Positions 34,473 through 42,031 of a stretch of DNA of 56,917 nt are shown here, piece by piece. The translations under genes were made by a program, and so were the position numbers. Where the stretch lies: the NCBI GenBank assembly GCA_035542815.1, contig DATKKS010000005.1:1-56917 (forward strand), in the 5' to 3' direction. The stretch's first letter is position 1, and the number at the start of each line of letters is the position of its first letter. Source of the stretch: Candidatus Saccharimonadales bacterium. GTDB lineage: Bacteria; Eisenbacteria; RBG-16-71-46; JACRLI01. Below the pieces are notes generated by a model that was not told the DNA's origin, made no database searches, and was given only the letters and a program-made list of their open reading frames with translations.

Positions 34473-34766
34473 ATGATCCGCATCTCCAGATTGCCCGCCA
34501 ACGGCATCGTGACCTTCAAGGTCGAGGGGCGGGCGCTGGGTTCCTTCGGCGAGGAACTGCGCAAGTTCGTCGGCGACACGCTGGCGAAGGAGAAGCAGGT
34601 GTCGCTGGACCTGGAAGGGCTGCTGTCCATCGACCAGCCCACCCTGGAGTTCCTGGCGGAGAAGCGCAGCTCGGTGCTGATTTCGAAGGCTCCCCGGTAC
34701 ATGGACCGGTTGTTGGGCAGCGTTCCCAACGGCCGCCCGGCGCGGCTCGAGCCGCAGGAGGGTTGA
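34473..34766 (+). CDS. STAS-domain (anti-sigma-antagonist-like) small protein
   Basis: 97 aa. The pattern VTFKVEGRALGSFGEELRKFV...VSLDLEGLLSIDQPTLEFL matches STAS (xLDLsgvxfIDSsGLxxL). GGAGG lies 7 nt before the ATG. Confidence 0.72.
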   Translation: MIRISRLPANGIVTFKVEGRALGSFGEELRKFVGDTLAKEKQVSLDLEGLLSIDQPTLEFLAEKRSSVLISKAPRYMDRLLGSVPNGRPARLEPQEG

Positions 34767-34783
34767 GCCTCAGCAGATTGACT

Positions 34784-35045
34784 GTGCTGCACAAGCCGGC
34801 GGCGGCCGCTGAAGCGTGCGTCGCAGAGGCGGGGGCGCTCAAGGCGCGCGTGGAATCGAGCTGACCGCCGGCTGTGCAGCACGGATGGGCCTTACGGGTG
34901 AGGGGCCAGGGACGGTAAACACGGGGGCGGTTTCCGTTCCTCCCCTCGCCCGGTTCAAAACCACCGCCACGACGGCGGGTTTTCTGTCGGGCGGGTTAGT
35001 GAGAGTGGTGGACACGGGGGCGGTCGCCACTCTCCTGCCCGCCCG
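34784..35045 (+). ncRNA. Candidate structured RNA / cis-regulatory element (long-range stem plus twin two-tier hairpins sharing a 13-nt loop motif)
   Basis: The region has no convincing ORF. The base-pairing details are given in the findings. Strand and transcript boundaries are unknown. Confidence 0.3.
34957..34983 (+). terminator. Intrinsic-terminator-like hairpin
   Basis: The sequence is AAAAC-ca-CCGCC-acgac-GGCGG-GTTTT, followed by CTGT. It is a GC stem flanked by an A-tract and a T-tract. It lies about 190 nt after the STAS stop. Confidence 0.4.
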
Positions 35046-35243
35046 AATCATTTCCCCCCGGCGCCCGCCCGGCCCTTGGCAACCTCCAGGAGTTGGTTGG
35101 CCCCCGGGCCCTGTGCTAACCTAGCCGCCGCCGCGGCCTGCCGGGGGCTCCGCTGCCGACGCCCCGCCCGCCCCCCCAGGGGCTGCTGCGCTGCCCGACC
35201 GACCGGCCAGCAGGTGACGGACTGCCTGAAAAGGAGCCCCTGC

Positions 35244-36326
35244 ATGCAGAGCCAGCCTCTCGAACACAGGATCTGGATCCACGCGCCCATCGCCGACGTG
35301 TGGCGGGCCTGGACCGACTCCGAGAGCATCACCCAGTGGTTCGCGCAACCGGTGCGCGTGGAGCCCTGGGAGGGCGGCGCCTTCGAGCTGTCCTTCGAGC
35401 CGGGCGCGCCCGACCGCCACAGCACGCGCGGCTGCAAGCTGCTGGAGGTCACGCCCTACGAGCGGCTGGTGTTCGAGTGGAAGGGCCCCGACGACTTCGC
35501 CAGCTTCATGAACCAGCCCGACCCACGGACCCAGGTCACGGTGATCTTCGAGCCCGATGCCGAGGGCACCAGCGTGCACCTGGTGCACTCCGGCTGGGGC
35601 GACGGCGACGACTGGGAGCAGGCCCGCTCGTGGCACGACATCGCCTGGTCCGACGTGCTCGAGGCGCTCAAGCGCACGCTGGAGCAGCAGACCGAGGCGC
35701 ACGAGGCGCTGGAGGCGGCCGCCGAGGGCGAGTTGGAGGAAGGCGTGGACCTGGAGCTGGACCTCGGCTTCGACGACATGCGCCTGCCGCCGCCGCCGCG
35801 CGCCGAGTCGCGCCCGGCGCGGCGCGACGCCCGGCCGGCCAGGCCCGCTGCGGCCCCGGGGATGGCGCCGGGCGCCGGGCCGCCCGCCCCGCCGCCCGCG
35901 CGGGGCGCCGCCGAGCGCCCGGCGGCCAGGGAGGAGGCGGCGCCCCCCAAGACCGCACCAGGGAAGCCGGCCGCGGCCAAGGGCGCGAAGCCGGCCGCGA
36001 AGCAGGCGGCCGGGAAGAAGGCCGCGAAGAAGGTCGCGAAGAAAAAGGTCGCGGCGAAGAAGGCTGCGCGGAAGAAGGCTGCGAAGAAGGCGCCGCCGAA
36101 GAGGCCTGCGAAGAAGAAGCCCGCCCGCCGGAAGCCGGCCGCCAAGAAGGCGGCCCACAAGCCCTCCCCGAAGCGGGCCGCCAGGAAAAAGCCCGCCCGC
36201 CGGAAGCCGGTCGCCAAGCGGAGCGCCGCGCGCAAGGGGGCCCGGAAGCGGCCCGCGACGAAGCGGCCCGCGGCAAGGCCGCGGAGCGCCCCGCGGAGGC
36301 CGGCGCGCAAGGCCCGGCGCCGCTAG
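35244..36326 (+). CDS. SRPBCC (AHSA1/START-like) domain protein fused to a histone-H1-like Lys/Ala/Pro-rich tail
   Basis: ATG at 35244 follows AAAGGAG plus 7 nt. The N-terminal IWIHAPIADVWRAWTDSESITQWF...VTVIFEPDAEGTSVHLVHSGW is a typical AHSA1/SRPBCC sequence. The C-terminal roughly 125 aa are AAKKAAKKVAKKKVAAKKAARKKAAKKAPPKRPAKKKPARRKP... Confidence 0.8.
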   Translation: MQSQPLEHRIWIHAPIADVWRAWTDSESITQWFAQPVRVEPWEGGAFELSFEPGAPDRHSTRGCKLLEVTPYERLVFEWKGPDDFASFMNQPDPRTQVTVIFEPDAEGTSVHLVHSGWGDGDDWEQARSWHDIAWSDVLEALKRTLEQQTEAHEALEAAAEGELEEGVDLELDLGFDDMRLPPPPRAESRPARRDARPARPAAAPGMAPGAGPPAPPPARGAAERPAAREEAAPPKTAPGKPAAAKGAKPAAKQAAGKKAAKKVAKKKVAAKKAARKKAAKKAPPKRPAKKKPARRKPAAKKAAHKPSPKRAARKKPARRKPVAKRSAARKGARKRPATKRPAARPRSAPRRPARKARRR

Positions 36327-36345
36327 CCGGCCGGGGCCGGCCGGC
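36326..36345. terminator. GC-only palindrome between convergent genes (possible bidirectional hairpin)
   Basis: GCCGGCCGGGGCCGGCCGGC is self-complementary and lies between the stops at 36326 (+) and 36354 (-). It has no U-tract. Confidence 0.25.
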
Positions 36346-36353
36346 GGCCACCT

Positions 36354-38903
36354 CTAGGACACGGCCAGCACCATCGCGGTGAGGTCGTCGCTGGGGCCGC
36401 GCTCGCCCTCGAAGGCGCGCACCTCGGCCACCAGCTGGGACAGCAAGTCGGCGGCCGCGAGGCCCTGGGCGCGCCGCAGCAGCGCCTCCACCCGCTCGTC
36501 CCCGAACAGCTCCTCGCCCTCCCCCTGGGCCTCGTTCACGCCGTCCGTGTACAGGGCCAGGAGGTCTCCGGAAGCCAGCACGGTGGTGCCCACCTCGTAG
36601 CTCGCCCGCGCGTCCACGCCCAGGACGAACCCACCCATCTCCAGCCGCTCCATGACCCCGCTCCGCCGCAGCAGCATCGGCGCCGGGTGGCCGGCGTTCA
36701 CGTACTCCAGCCGCAGCGTGGCCGGATCCAGCACCCCCAGGAACAGGGTCACGAACTTGCCGGACTCGATGCTCCGCTCCAGCAGCCGGTTCACCCCGGC
36801 CACGATCTCGGCCGGGGCGGGGTTGGCCGCGGCGCCCGCCTGCAGCGCCGCCTTCACGTTGCTCATGAGCAGCGCCGCGCCCACGCCCTTGCCGGAGACG
36901 TCCGCCACGCAGAAGCCGATGCGCCCGCCGACCACCGGCACGAAGTCGTAGTAGTCCCCGCCCACCTGCAGGCTCATGGCGTTGGTGGCGGCCACGTCCA
37001 GGCGCGGCACCACCGGCGGCGCGGACGGCAGCAGGCGCACCTGGATGCGCCGGGCCAGCTCCAGCTCGTGCCGCAGGTGCTCCCGCTCCAGCACCGCGCG
37101 CTGGCCCACCTCCAGCCCCGCGGCCATCAGGTTGAAGGACTCCGCCAGCTCGCCCAGCTCGTCCTCCGAGGGCACCGCCACGCGGGCGCTGAAGTCGCCG
37201 TCGCGCACCCGCGCGGTCGCCGCGCGCAGGTTGGCCACGCCGCGGGTGATGAAGCTGGCCACCCGGGACCCGTACAGCACCGAGACCAGCGCCACCACCA
37301 GGAACAGCCCCCCGATCACCGCCAGCAGGATGACCATCCAGGTGGACATGCCGCGGCTCGCCGCGCTGCGCAGCCCCAGCGTTTCCCACAGGTTCACCCG
37401 GGCCAGCAGCAGCGCCGCCCCGGCCTTCCAGCGCGTGCCGGCCCAGTTGGCGCAGTCGTAGCTGGAGCCGGTGCTGGGCATGTTGGGCACCCGGTTGCTC
37501 GAGCGCGCAGCGGCGTACACGCCGCTGCCCACGCTCACGATCCCCAGCCGGCGGACCAGCGAGTCCTCCCGCGCTCGGGTGACCGACTCCGGGACGGCGG
37601 GCCGGCCGGAGAACGCTTTCTGCAGCGCCGCCGCCTCCAGGGAGTCGGCCTCCCGCTGCTCCGACAGCTGGCCCACCCCCAGCCGGGTGCCGCGCTGGGA
37701 GATGCTGATCTCGGTCCTGGAGGCGGTCATCTCGGGCGCGCCGTAGAGCAGCACGTCGCAGCGCATCTGGCGGCCGAAGGCGGCGATCCGGGCCGAGTCC
37801 ACCGGCTCGAAGGTCATCACCGCCAGGGTGTCGCCGCGGCGCGGCCACAGCGCGCTCTCCACCCAGTAGAAGCTGCCCGCGCGCAGCGCCAGGCCCCGCA
37901 CCACGGTCCCGCTGTCGGTCACCGGCGCCGCCGCCGGCAGGAACAGCCGCTCCGGCCCGCCCACCGTGGCCACCACCCGCCAGCCCCCGGGCTCGCGCCC
38001 CAGCACCGCCGCGGCCAGGCCCATCTCCTGGAGGAATGCCCCGTGGCCGCGCAGCCGGTCGGCCAGGTCGGCGGCCGACGCCGGCCCCGGGCCGCGCTCC
38101 AGCCCGGCCACCCAGGGACGGCCCCGCGAGTGGCCGCTCAGCTCCTGGGCCAGCGAGGTGACCCGGAACTCCCCGGCGCGCATCCACGCGGCCACCGCCA
38201 CGAAGCACACCGCCAGCACCGCCGGCACCAGGGCGAAGATCCCGTACGCCACCACCAGCTTGGAGCGGATGGACACGCCCCGGATCCAGCGCCGCACCAG
38301 CTCGGCCACCGCCCGCAGCGCCGCCAGGAGCAGCCACGCCTGCAGGAGTCCGTAGAGGGCCCGGTCCACGTAGCCCGCCGGACCCGCCGGGCGCGGGGCC
38401 GGCGGCTCGCCCGCCGTCTGCCCGCTCACCCCGGTGCGCAGCTCGGCCAGGCTCACCGTCCGGGTCTCCGCGCCGGACTCGGTGGCCCGGTAGGCCAGGG
38501 ACGGCAGCACCAGCGCCGCGAGGGTGGTGAGCAGGAGCAGCGCCAGCAGCACCGAGCGCTGATCGCGCAGCCACGGGGTCAGCCCCTTGCGCGCCGTGAG
38601 GCCGAACAGGACCCCGACCCACAGCGCCATGGTGGGCCCGACGGCGCCGGCCAGCGCGGTGAGCCCGATCCAGAACGCGCGGTAGCCGCCGCGGAACCTC
38701 CCGGCCGGCCGCTTGCGCGCCCGGATCAGTTGCCACACGGCGGCCGCCGCGAGCACCAGGCGCAGCCAGTGCAGCCACGGCAGGTGCCGGATGAGCAGCG
38801 CCAGCACCACGGTGGCGGCCGACAGCAGCAACACCGGTCCCAGCGGCAGCGGGCGGCTGGCGGCCGGGACGGCGGGCGAGGTCAGTTCACGGCGCTTGGG
38901 CAT
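36354..38903 (-). CDS. Membrane sensor HAMP-PP2C (SpoIIE/RsbU-family) serine phosphatase
   Basis: PP2C motifs are VGGDYYDF, DVSGKGVGAALLMS, YTDGVNEA and PSDDLTAMVLAV. The HAMP-like segment is ITRGVANLRAATARVRDGDFSARVAVPSEDELGELAESFNLMAAGL. The N-terminal half has several TM helices. ATG at 38903 has a weak SD, so the start is uncertain. Confidence 0.88.
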   Translation of the reverse strand: MPKRRELTSPAVPAASRPLPLGPVLLLSAATVVLALLIRHLPWLHWLRLVLAAAAVWQLIRARKRPAGRFRGGYRAFWIGLTALAGAVGPTMALWVGVLFGLTARKGLTPWLRDQRSVLLALLLLTTLAALVLPSLAYRATESGAETRTVSLAELRTGVSGQTAGEPPAPRPAGPAGYVDRALYGLLQAWLLLAALRAVAELVRRWIRGVSIRSKLVVAYGIFALVPAVLAVCFVAVAAWMRAGEFRVTSLAQELSGHSRGRPWVAGLERGPGPASAADLADRLRGHGAFLQEMGLAAAVLGREPGGWRVVATVGGPERLFLPAAAPVTDSGTVVRGLALRAGSFYWVESALWPRRGDTLAVMTFEPVDSARIAAFGRQMRCDVLLYGAPEMTASRTEISISQRGTRLGVGQLSEQREADSLEAAALQKAFSGRPAVPESVTRAREDSLVRRLGIVSVGSGVYAAARSSNRVPNMPSTGSSYDCANWAGTRWKAGAALLLARVNLWETLGLRSAASRGMSTWMVILLAVIGGLFLVVALVSVLYGSRVASFITRGVANLRAATARVRDGDFSARVAVPSEDELGELAESFNLMAAGLEVGQRAVLEREHLRHELELARRIQVRLLPSAPPVVPRLDVAATNAMSLQVGGDYYDFVPVVGGRIGFCVADVSGKGVGAALLMSNVKAALQAGAAANPAPAEIVAGVNRLLERSIESGKFVTLFLGVLDPATLRLEYVNAGHPAPMLLRRSGVMERLEMGGFVLGVDARASYEVGTTVLASGDLLALYTDGVNEAQGEGEELFGDERVEALLRRAQGLAAADLLSQLVAEVRAFEGERGPSDDLTAMVLAVS

Positions 38904-39092
38904 GGAGGATCTCACGTGCCTGGGAAGAGCGGCCCGCCGGCTGCGGGCCCGGCCTGGCATTGTAGGCGCATCGGCCGCCGGGGTGTAGGGGGCCGCACCA
39001 ACCCGGCTCGCCTTGACGCCCCCGGAGGCCGGGCCTACCTTGAACCCATCCATGCCACACTCGACTGGCAGTGTTCCGCCGGGAGCCGCGCA

Positions 39093-40184
39093 GTGAAGGC
39101 TCGCGCCCACGCGCGCCTGCGGCGCGCCGGCCTGGGCCTCGCGGCGTGCGTCGCGGCGCTGGCCGGCGCGGGGCCGCCGGCGGCCCGGGGCGGACCGGCC
39201 GCGCGCGGGCTCTGGATCGCGGCGGCCGCCGCCGACACCCTGGGCGTCCCGGTCCGGCCGTACCAGCCGCGGGTGATCTTGAGCCCGCGCGAGCGGCTGT
39301 TCCGCGCGCCGAACGACTCCTCCGGGGGCGCGGCGGACTCCGCGCTCATGATCGGCGAGGCGCCGGACAGCTTGCACCAGGGAGCCAGAAGCGCGGGCCG
39401 CCGCGGCCCGGCGGGCGGCACCGGCGCGGCCGCGCGGGCCCCGGCCTGGGCGCGGGACTTCCAGGGGCGGACCACCAGCCTGCACCTGCGCTTCACCCTG
39501 AGCAGCGGCGCGGACGTCCGGGTGTCGGCCACGGTGCCCCAGCCGGGGCGGCCGCCGGCGCTGCAGTCGCTTCCGCCGTTCCTCGGCCCGGTGGATGCCG
39601 TGGCCCCCGACACGGCGTGGTCGGGGCACGACCTCAACGCCGACGGCGAGCCCGACGCGGTGATCCGGCACGCCGTCCGCGAGCGCCCGCTCACCGGCCA
39701 GTGGATCGACGTGGCGGGCGTCTCGGGCGGGCGCCTGCGGCTGCTGCTCACGCGCACCCCGGAGCGCGTGCCCAAGAGCGTGGTGGCGCTGCGGGGCGCG
39801 CCGCAGCCGCTGATCCTGGCGGTGGAGCCGCACCTCGAGGGCTGGCCCGCGGAGCGCACCGACCCGCCCGGGCGCAGCGTGCTGCTGGCGCTGCGCGACA
39901 CGCTGGTGGCGGACGTGAGCCGCGCGCACCCCGAGTGGTTCGCGCCGCAGGTCCAGGCGGCCGAGCTGCAGCTCGCGGAACTGGAGGGCCGCGGCGACCA
40001 CGGGGGGGACTGGGCCGACGCGTTGCTGCAGCGCACCTGGGGGTTGCTGGCGCTGGGCCGGCGCGACGAGGCCCGGGTGCTGTTCGAGGGCCGGCTGGCC
40101 CGCACCCGCGACCTGCCCGAGGCGCTGCGCGCCTACCTGGAGCAGCTCCGGCCGGGACTGGAGGCCGAGTGGAAGGAACATTGA
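39093..40184 (+). CDS. Hypothetical secreted protein
   Basis: GTG at 39093 follows GGGAG plus 7 nt. The signal-like N-terminus is KARAHARLRRAGLGLAACVAALAGAG. It contains DLNADGEPDAV, an FG-GAP/calcium-loop-like motif. Only the last 363 codons of the 1165-aa track ORF were kept. Confidence 0.5.
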   Translation: MKARAHARLRRAGLGLAACVAALAGAGPPAARGGPAARGLWIAAAAADTLGVPVRPYQPRVILSPRERLFRAPNDSSGGAADSALMIGEAPDSLHQGARSAGRRGPAGGTGAAARAPAWARDFQGRTTSLHLRFTLSSGADVRVSATVPQPGRPPALQSLPPFLGPVDAVAPDTAWSGHDLNADGEPDAVIRHAVRERPLTGQWIDVAGVSGGRLRLLLTRTPERVPKSVVALRGAPQPLILAVEPHLEGWPAERTDPPGRSVLLALRDTLVADVSRAHPEWFAPQVQAAELQLAELEGRGDHGGDWADALLQRTWGLLALGRRDEARVLFEGRLARTRDLPEALRAYLEQLRPGLEAEWKEH

Positions 40185-41098
40185 GACACCGCGAAGGCAC
40201 ACCCGCGCCGCGCCGCGGCCGCGCCGCTCACCCAGGCCGGCTCCTGCCGGTGCTCCTGCTGCTCGTGCCGCTCCTGCCGGCCTGCGGCCGCCGGCCCGCG
40301 CCGGCCGAGCGGCCGGCCCCGGCGGCGGAGGTGGCCGCGGCCGCGCCCAAGCGGGTGCATCTCTTCCCGGCGGGCGCCGAGACCTTGCGCGTGGAGATCC
40401 ACTACGTGACCGGCGCCAGCTCGCCCCGCGTGGCCAACGGGGTCACGGTGTCCCTGGGGAGCGCCCGGCCGCTCACGCTGCAGAGCGACCTGGACAGCCA
40501 GGAGGAGTGGACCTGCGTGGATTCGCTCTCCGGGCGCGACCTCAACGGCGACGGCAACATCGAGGCGGTGCTGGCGCGGAGCAACGGCGGCAGCTGCGGC
40601 GGCTGCCGCAGCCTCATCCTGGTCTCCGCCGGGGCCGGGGAGCCGCGGGTGATCTCGCCCGATCCGCAGGACGACCGGGTGCCGCGCGAGGTGGCCGACC
40701 TGCGCCACGACGGCCGCTACCAGCTGCTGGTGCTGGACACCTCGTGGGAGGAGGCGCACGGGCTGTCGGAGGCCGACTCGCCCTGGCCGCTGCGGGTGTG
40801 GGCCTGGAACGGCCGCGCCTACGTGGATTCCACGGGCGCCTTCCCGCGGTTCGTGGTCGCCCGGATGCGTCTGGCGCTGGCCGAGGCGTGCGCGCTGGAG
40901 GGCTCCAGCGCCGAGACCCGCTGGCTGGGCCGCCTGGCCGAGTACGTGCTCTACGCGGACATGCTGGGGCGCGGCCGCGCCGCGCTCGACACGCTGCGAG
41001 CGCACGTGGCGGCCAACCCGCCCACGGAGCCGGAGGTCCGGGCCACCGCCTCGGAAGTGGAAGTGGCGCTGCTCCACCGGGTCGCCCGGCGGACCTAG
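40181..41098 (+). CDS. Hypothetical lipoprotein
   Basis: TTG at 40181 follows GGAAGGA and overlaps the previous stop (TTGA). It has the lipobox LLLLVPLLPACG and contains DLNGDGNIEAV. Confidence 0.5.
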   Translation: MRHREGTPAPRRGRAAHPGRLLPVLLLLVPLLPACGRRPAPAERPAPAAEVAAAAPKRVHLFPAGAETLRVEIHYVTGASSPRVANGVTVSLGSARPLTLQSDLDSQEEWTCVDSLSGRDLNGDGNIEAVLARSNGGSCGGCRSLILVSAGAGEPRVISPDPQDDRVPREVADLRHDGRYQLLVLDTSWEEAHGLSEADSPWPLRVWAWNGRAYVDSTGAFPRFVVARMRLALAEACALEGSSAETRWLGRLAEYVLYADMLGRGRAALDTLRAHVAANPPTEPEVRATASEVEVALLHRVARRT

Positions 41099-41976
41099 GG
41101 GCCGGGTCGCGCCCGCAACAGCCGCTCCGCCAGCGCCTCGCCCAGCCCCTCCAGCGCCTGCACCGGCCGTGCCTCGCTCCCCTCCACCATCTGTCCGCCC
41201 ACCTCCAGCCGCCCCCGCAGGTGCACCTCCATCTCCCGCACCACCGCGTGCGCGGCGGCCGCCCCCGAGCCCGCCGCCAGCGCCGCGTGCTCGAACTCCC
41301 GCTCGGCGGTCACGCACCAGCGGCTGGGCAGGTGGTCGAGGCCGTTGAGGAGCAGCCCGAGGTCGCGCTCCCCGGCGTGGATCTCCACCGCGGCGGCCGC
41401 CTGTCCCGCAGCCGGCAGCGCCCGGTCCAGCCTCAGGATCTCGCCCACCCGGGCGCGCAGCCCCATGCGGCGCATCGGTGCGTAGGCCACGATCACGCCG
41501 TCCAGCTCGCCGCGCTCGACCCGCTCCAGGCGCTCCATCAACGGGCCGGCCAGGTGGACCGGGGTCACGTCCGGGCGGCAGGCGGCCAGGCTCCACGCGC
41601 GCACCGGGCTGTCCACGGCGACGCGCGCGCCCGCGGGCAGCTCGCGGAACTCCAGCCCGCCGCGCGACACCAGGCACTCGCGGGGATCCTCCCGCAGCGG
41701 CACCGCCGCCAGGCGCACCCCGGGCGGCGCGTCCCAGGGCAGGTCGCGCGCCGCGTGGATCAGCACCTCCACCTCGCCGCGCAGGAGCGCCGCGCGCATC
41801 TCCGCGGTGGGGCCCGGGTCGTGCTCGGCAAGCCGCTGGAAGGACTCGTCGGGGTTGGCGGGCAGGTCCACGAGCTGCAGCTCCAGCTCGGGGTCCAGCC
41901 CGCGGATCTGCGCCGCCAGGAGCCGGCCCCGCTCCCGCGCCGCGGGGCGCGGCCGGGTGGCGAGGCGGAGGATCAT
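41095..41976 (-). CDS. Hydroxymethylbilane synthase (HemC)-like protein, strongly divergent at catalytic/cofactor positions
   Basis: HemC-like blocks are LRLATR, VPLREDPRECLV, ELDGVIVAYAPMRRMGL and LPAAGQAAAAVEI. The cofactor GGC motif, however, reads AAGSG, and several substrate-binding Arg positions are replaced. Confidence 0.55.
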   Translation of the reverse strand: MILRLATRPRPAARERGRLLAAQIRGLDPELELQLVDLPANPDESFQRLAEHDPGPTAEMRAALLRGEVEVLIHAARDLPWDAPPGVRLAAVPLREDPRECLVSRGGLEFRELPAGARVAVDSPVRAWSLAACRPDVTPVHLAGPLMERLERVERGELDGVIVAYAPMRRMGLRARVGEILRLDRALPAAGQAAAAVEIHAGERDLGLLLNGLDHLPSRWCVTAEREFEHAALAAGSGAAAAHAVVREMEVHLRGRLEVGGQMVEGSEARPVQALEGLGEALAERLLRARPGP

Positions 41977-42031
41977 CGGTGGCCGTCGCGGCGCGCGGCG
42001 ATGCGCCCGGCGCCCCCATCTCCGCCGCCCT

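Noticed and set aside
34950-34970. GGTTCAAAACC, which superficially resembles a tRNA T-loop.
   Set aside because: The flanking bases do not form a T-stem (CCCGG against CCACC). No acceptor, D or anticodon arms can be drawn.
34816-35124. A 102-aa ORF inside the STAS/SRPBCC spacer.
   Set aside because: It has no SD and a Gly/Pro/Thr-rich product that I could not place. It runs through the nested hairpins and the terminator-like element, so the region is better explained as structured RNA or DNA.
35950-36323. Repetitive GCSAAGAAG-type nucleotide pattern, considered as a tandem DNA repeat or CRISPR-like array.
   Set aside because: It is imperfect codon-level repetition encoding the Lys/Ala tail. 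There are no constant repeat units or spacers.
35668-38778. A 1036-aa minus-strand ORF, along with 35121..36158 and 35456..36310.
   Set aside because: These are out of frame with the PP2C gene or antisense to the SRPBCC-H1 gene. Their translations are low-complexity mirror images of the K/A-rich tail.
36687-39092. The first 800 or so codons of the 1165-aa plus-strand ORF 36687..40184.
   Set aside because: This part is antisense to the PP2C phosphatase, whose catalytic motifs are unambiguous. Only the segment from the SD-preceded GTG at 39093, which begins with a signal-like sequence, was kept.
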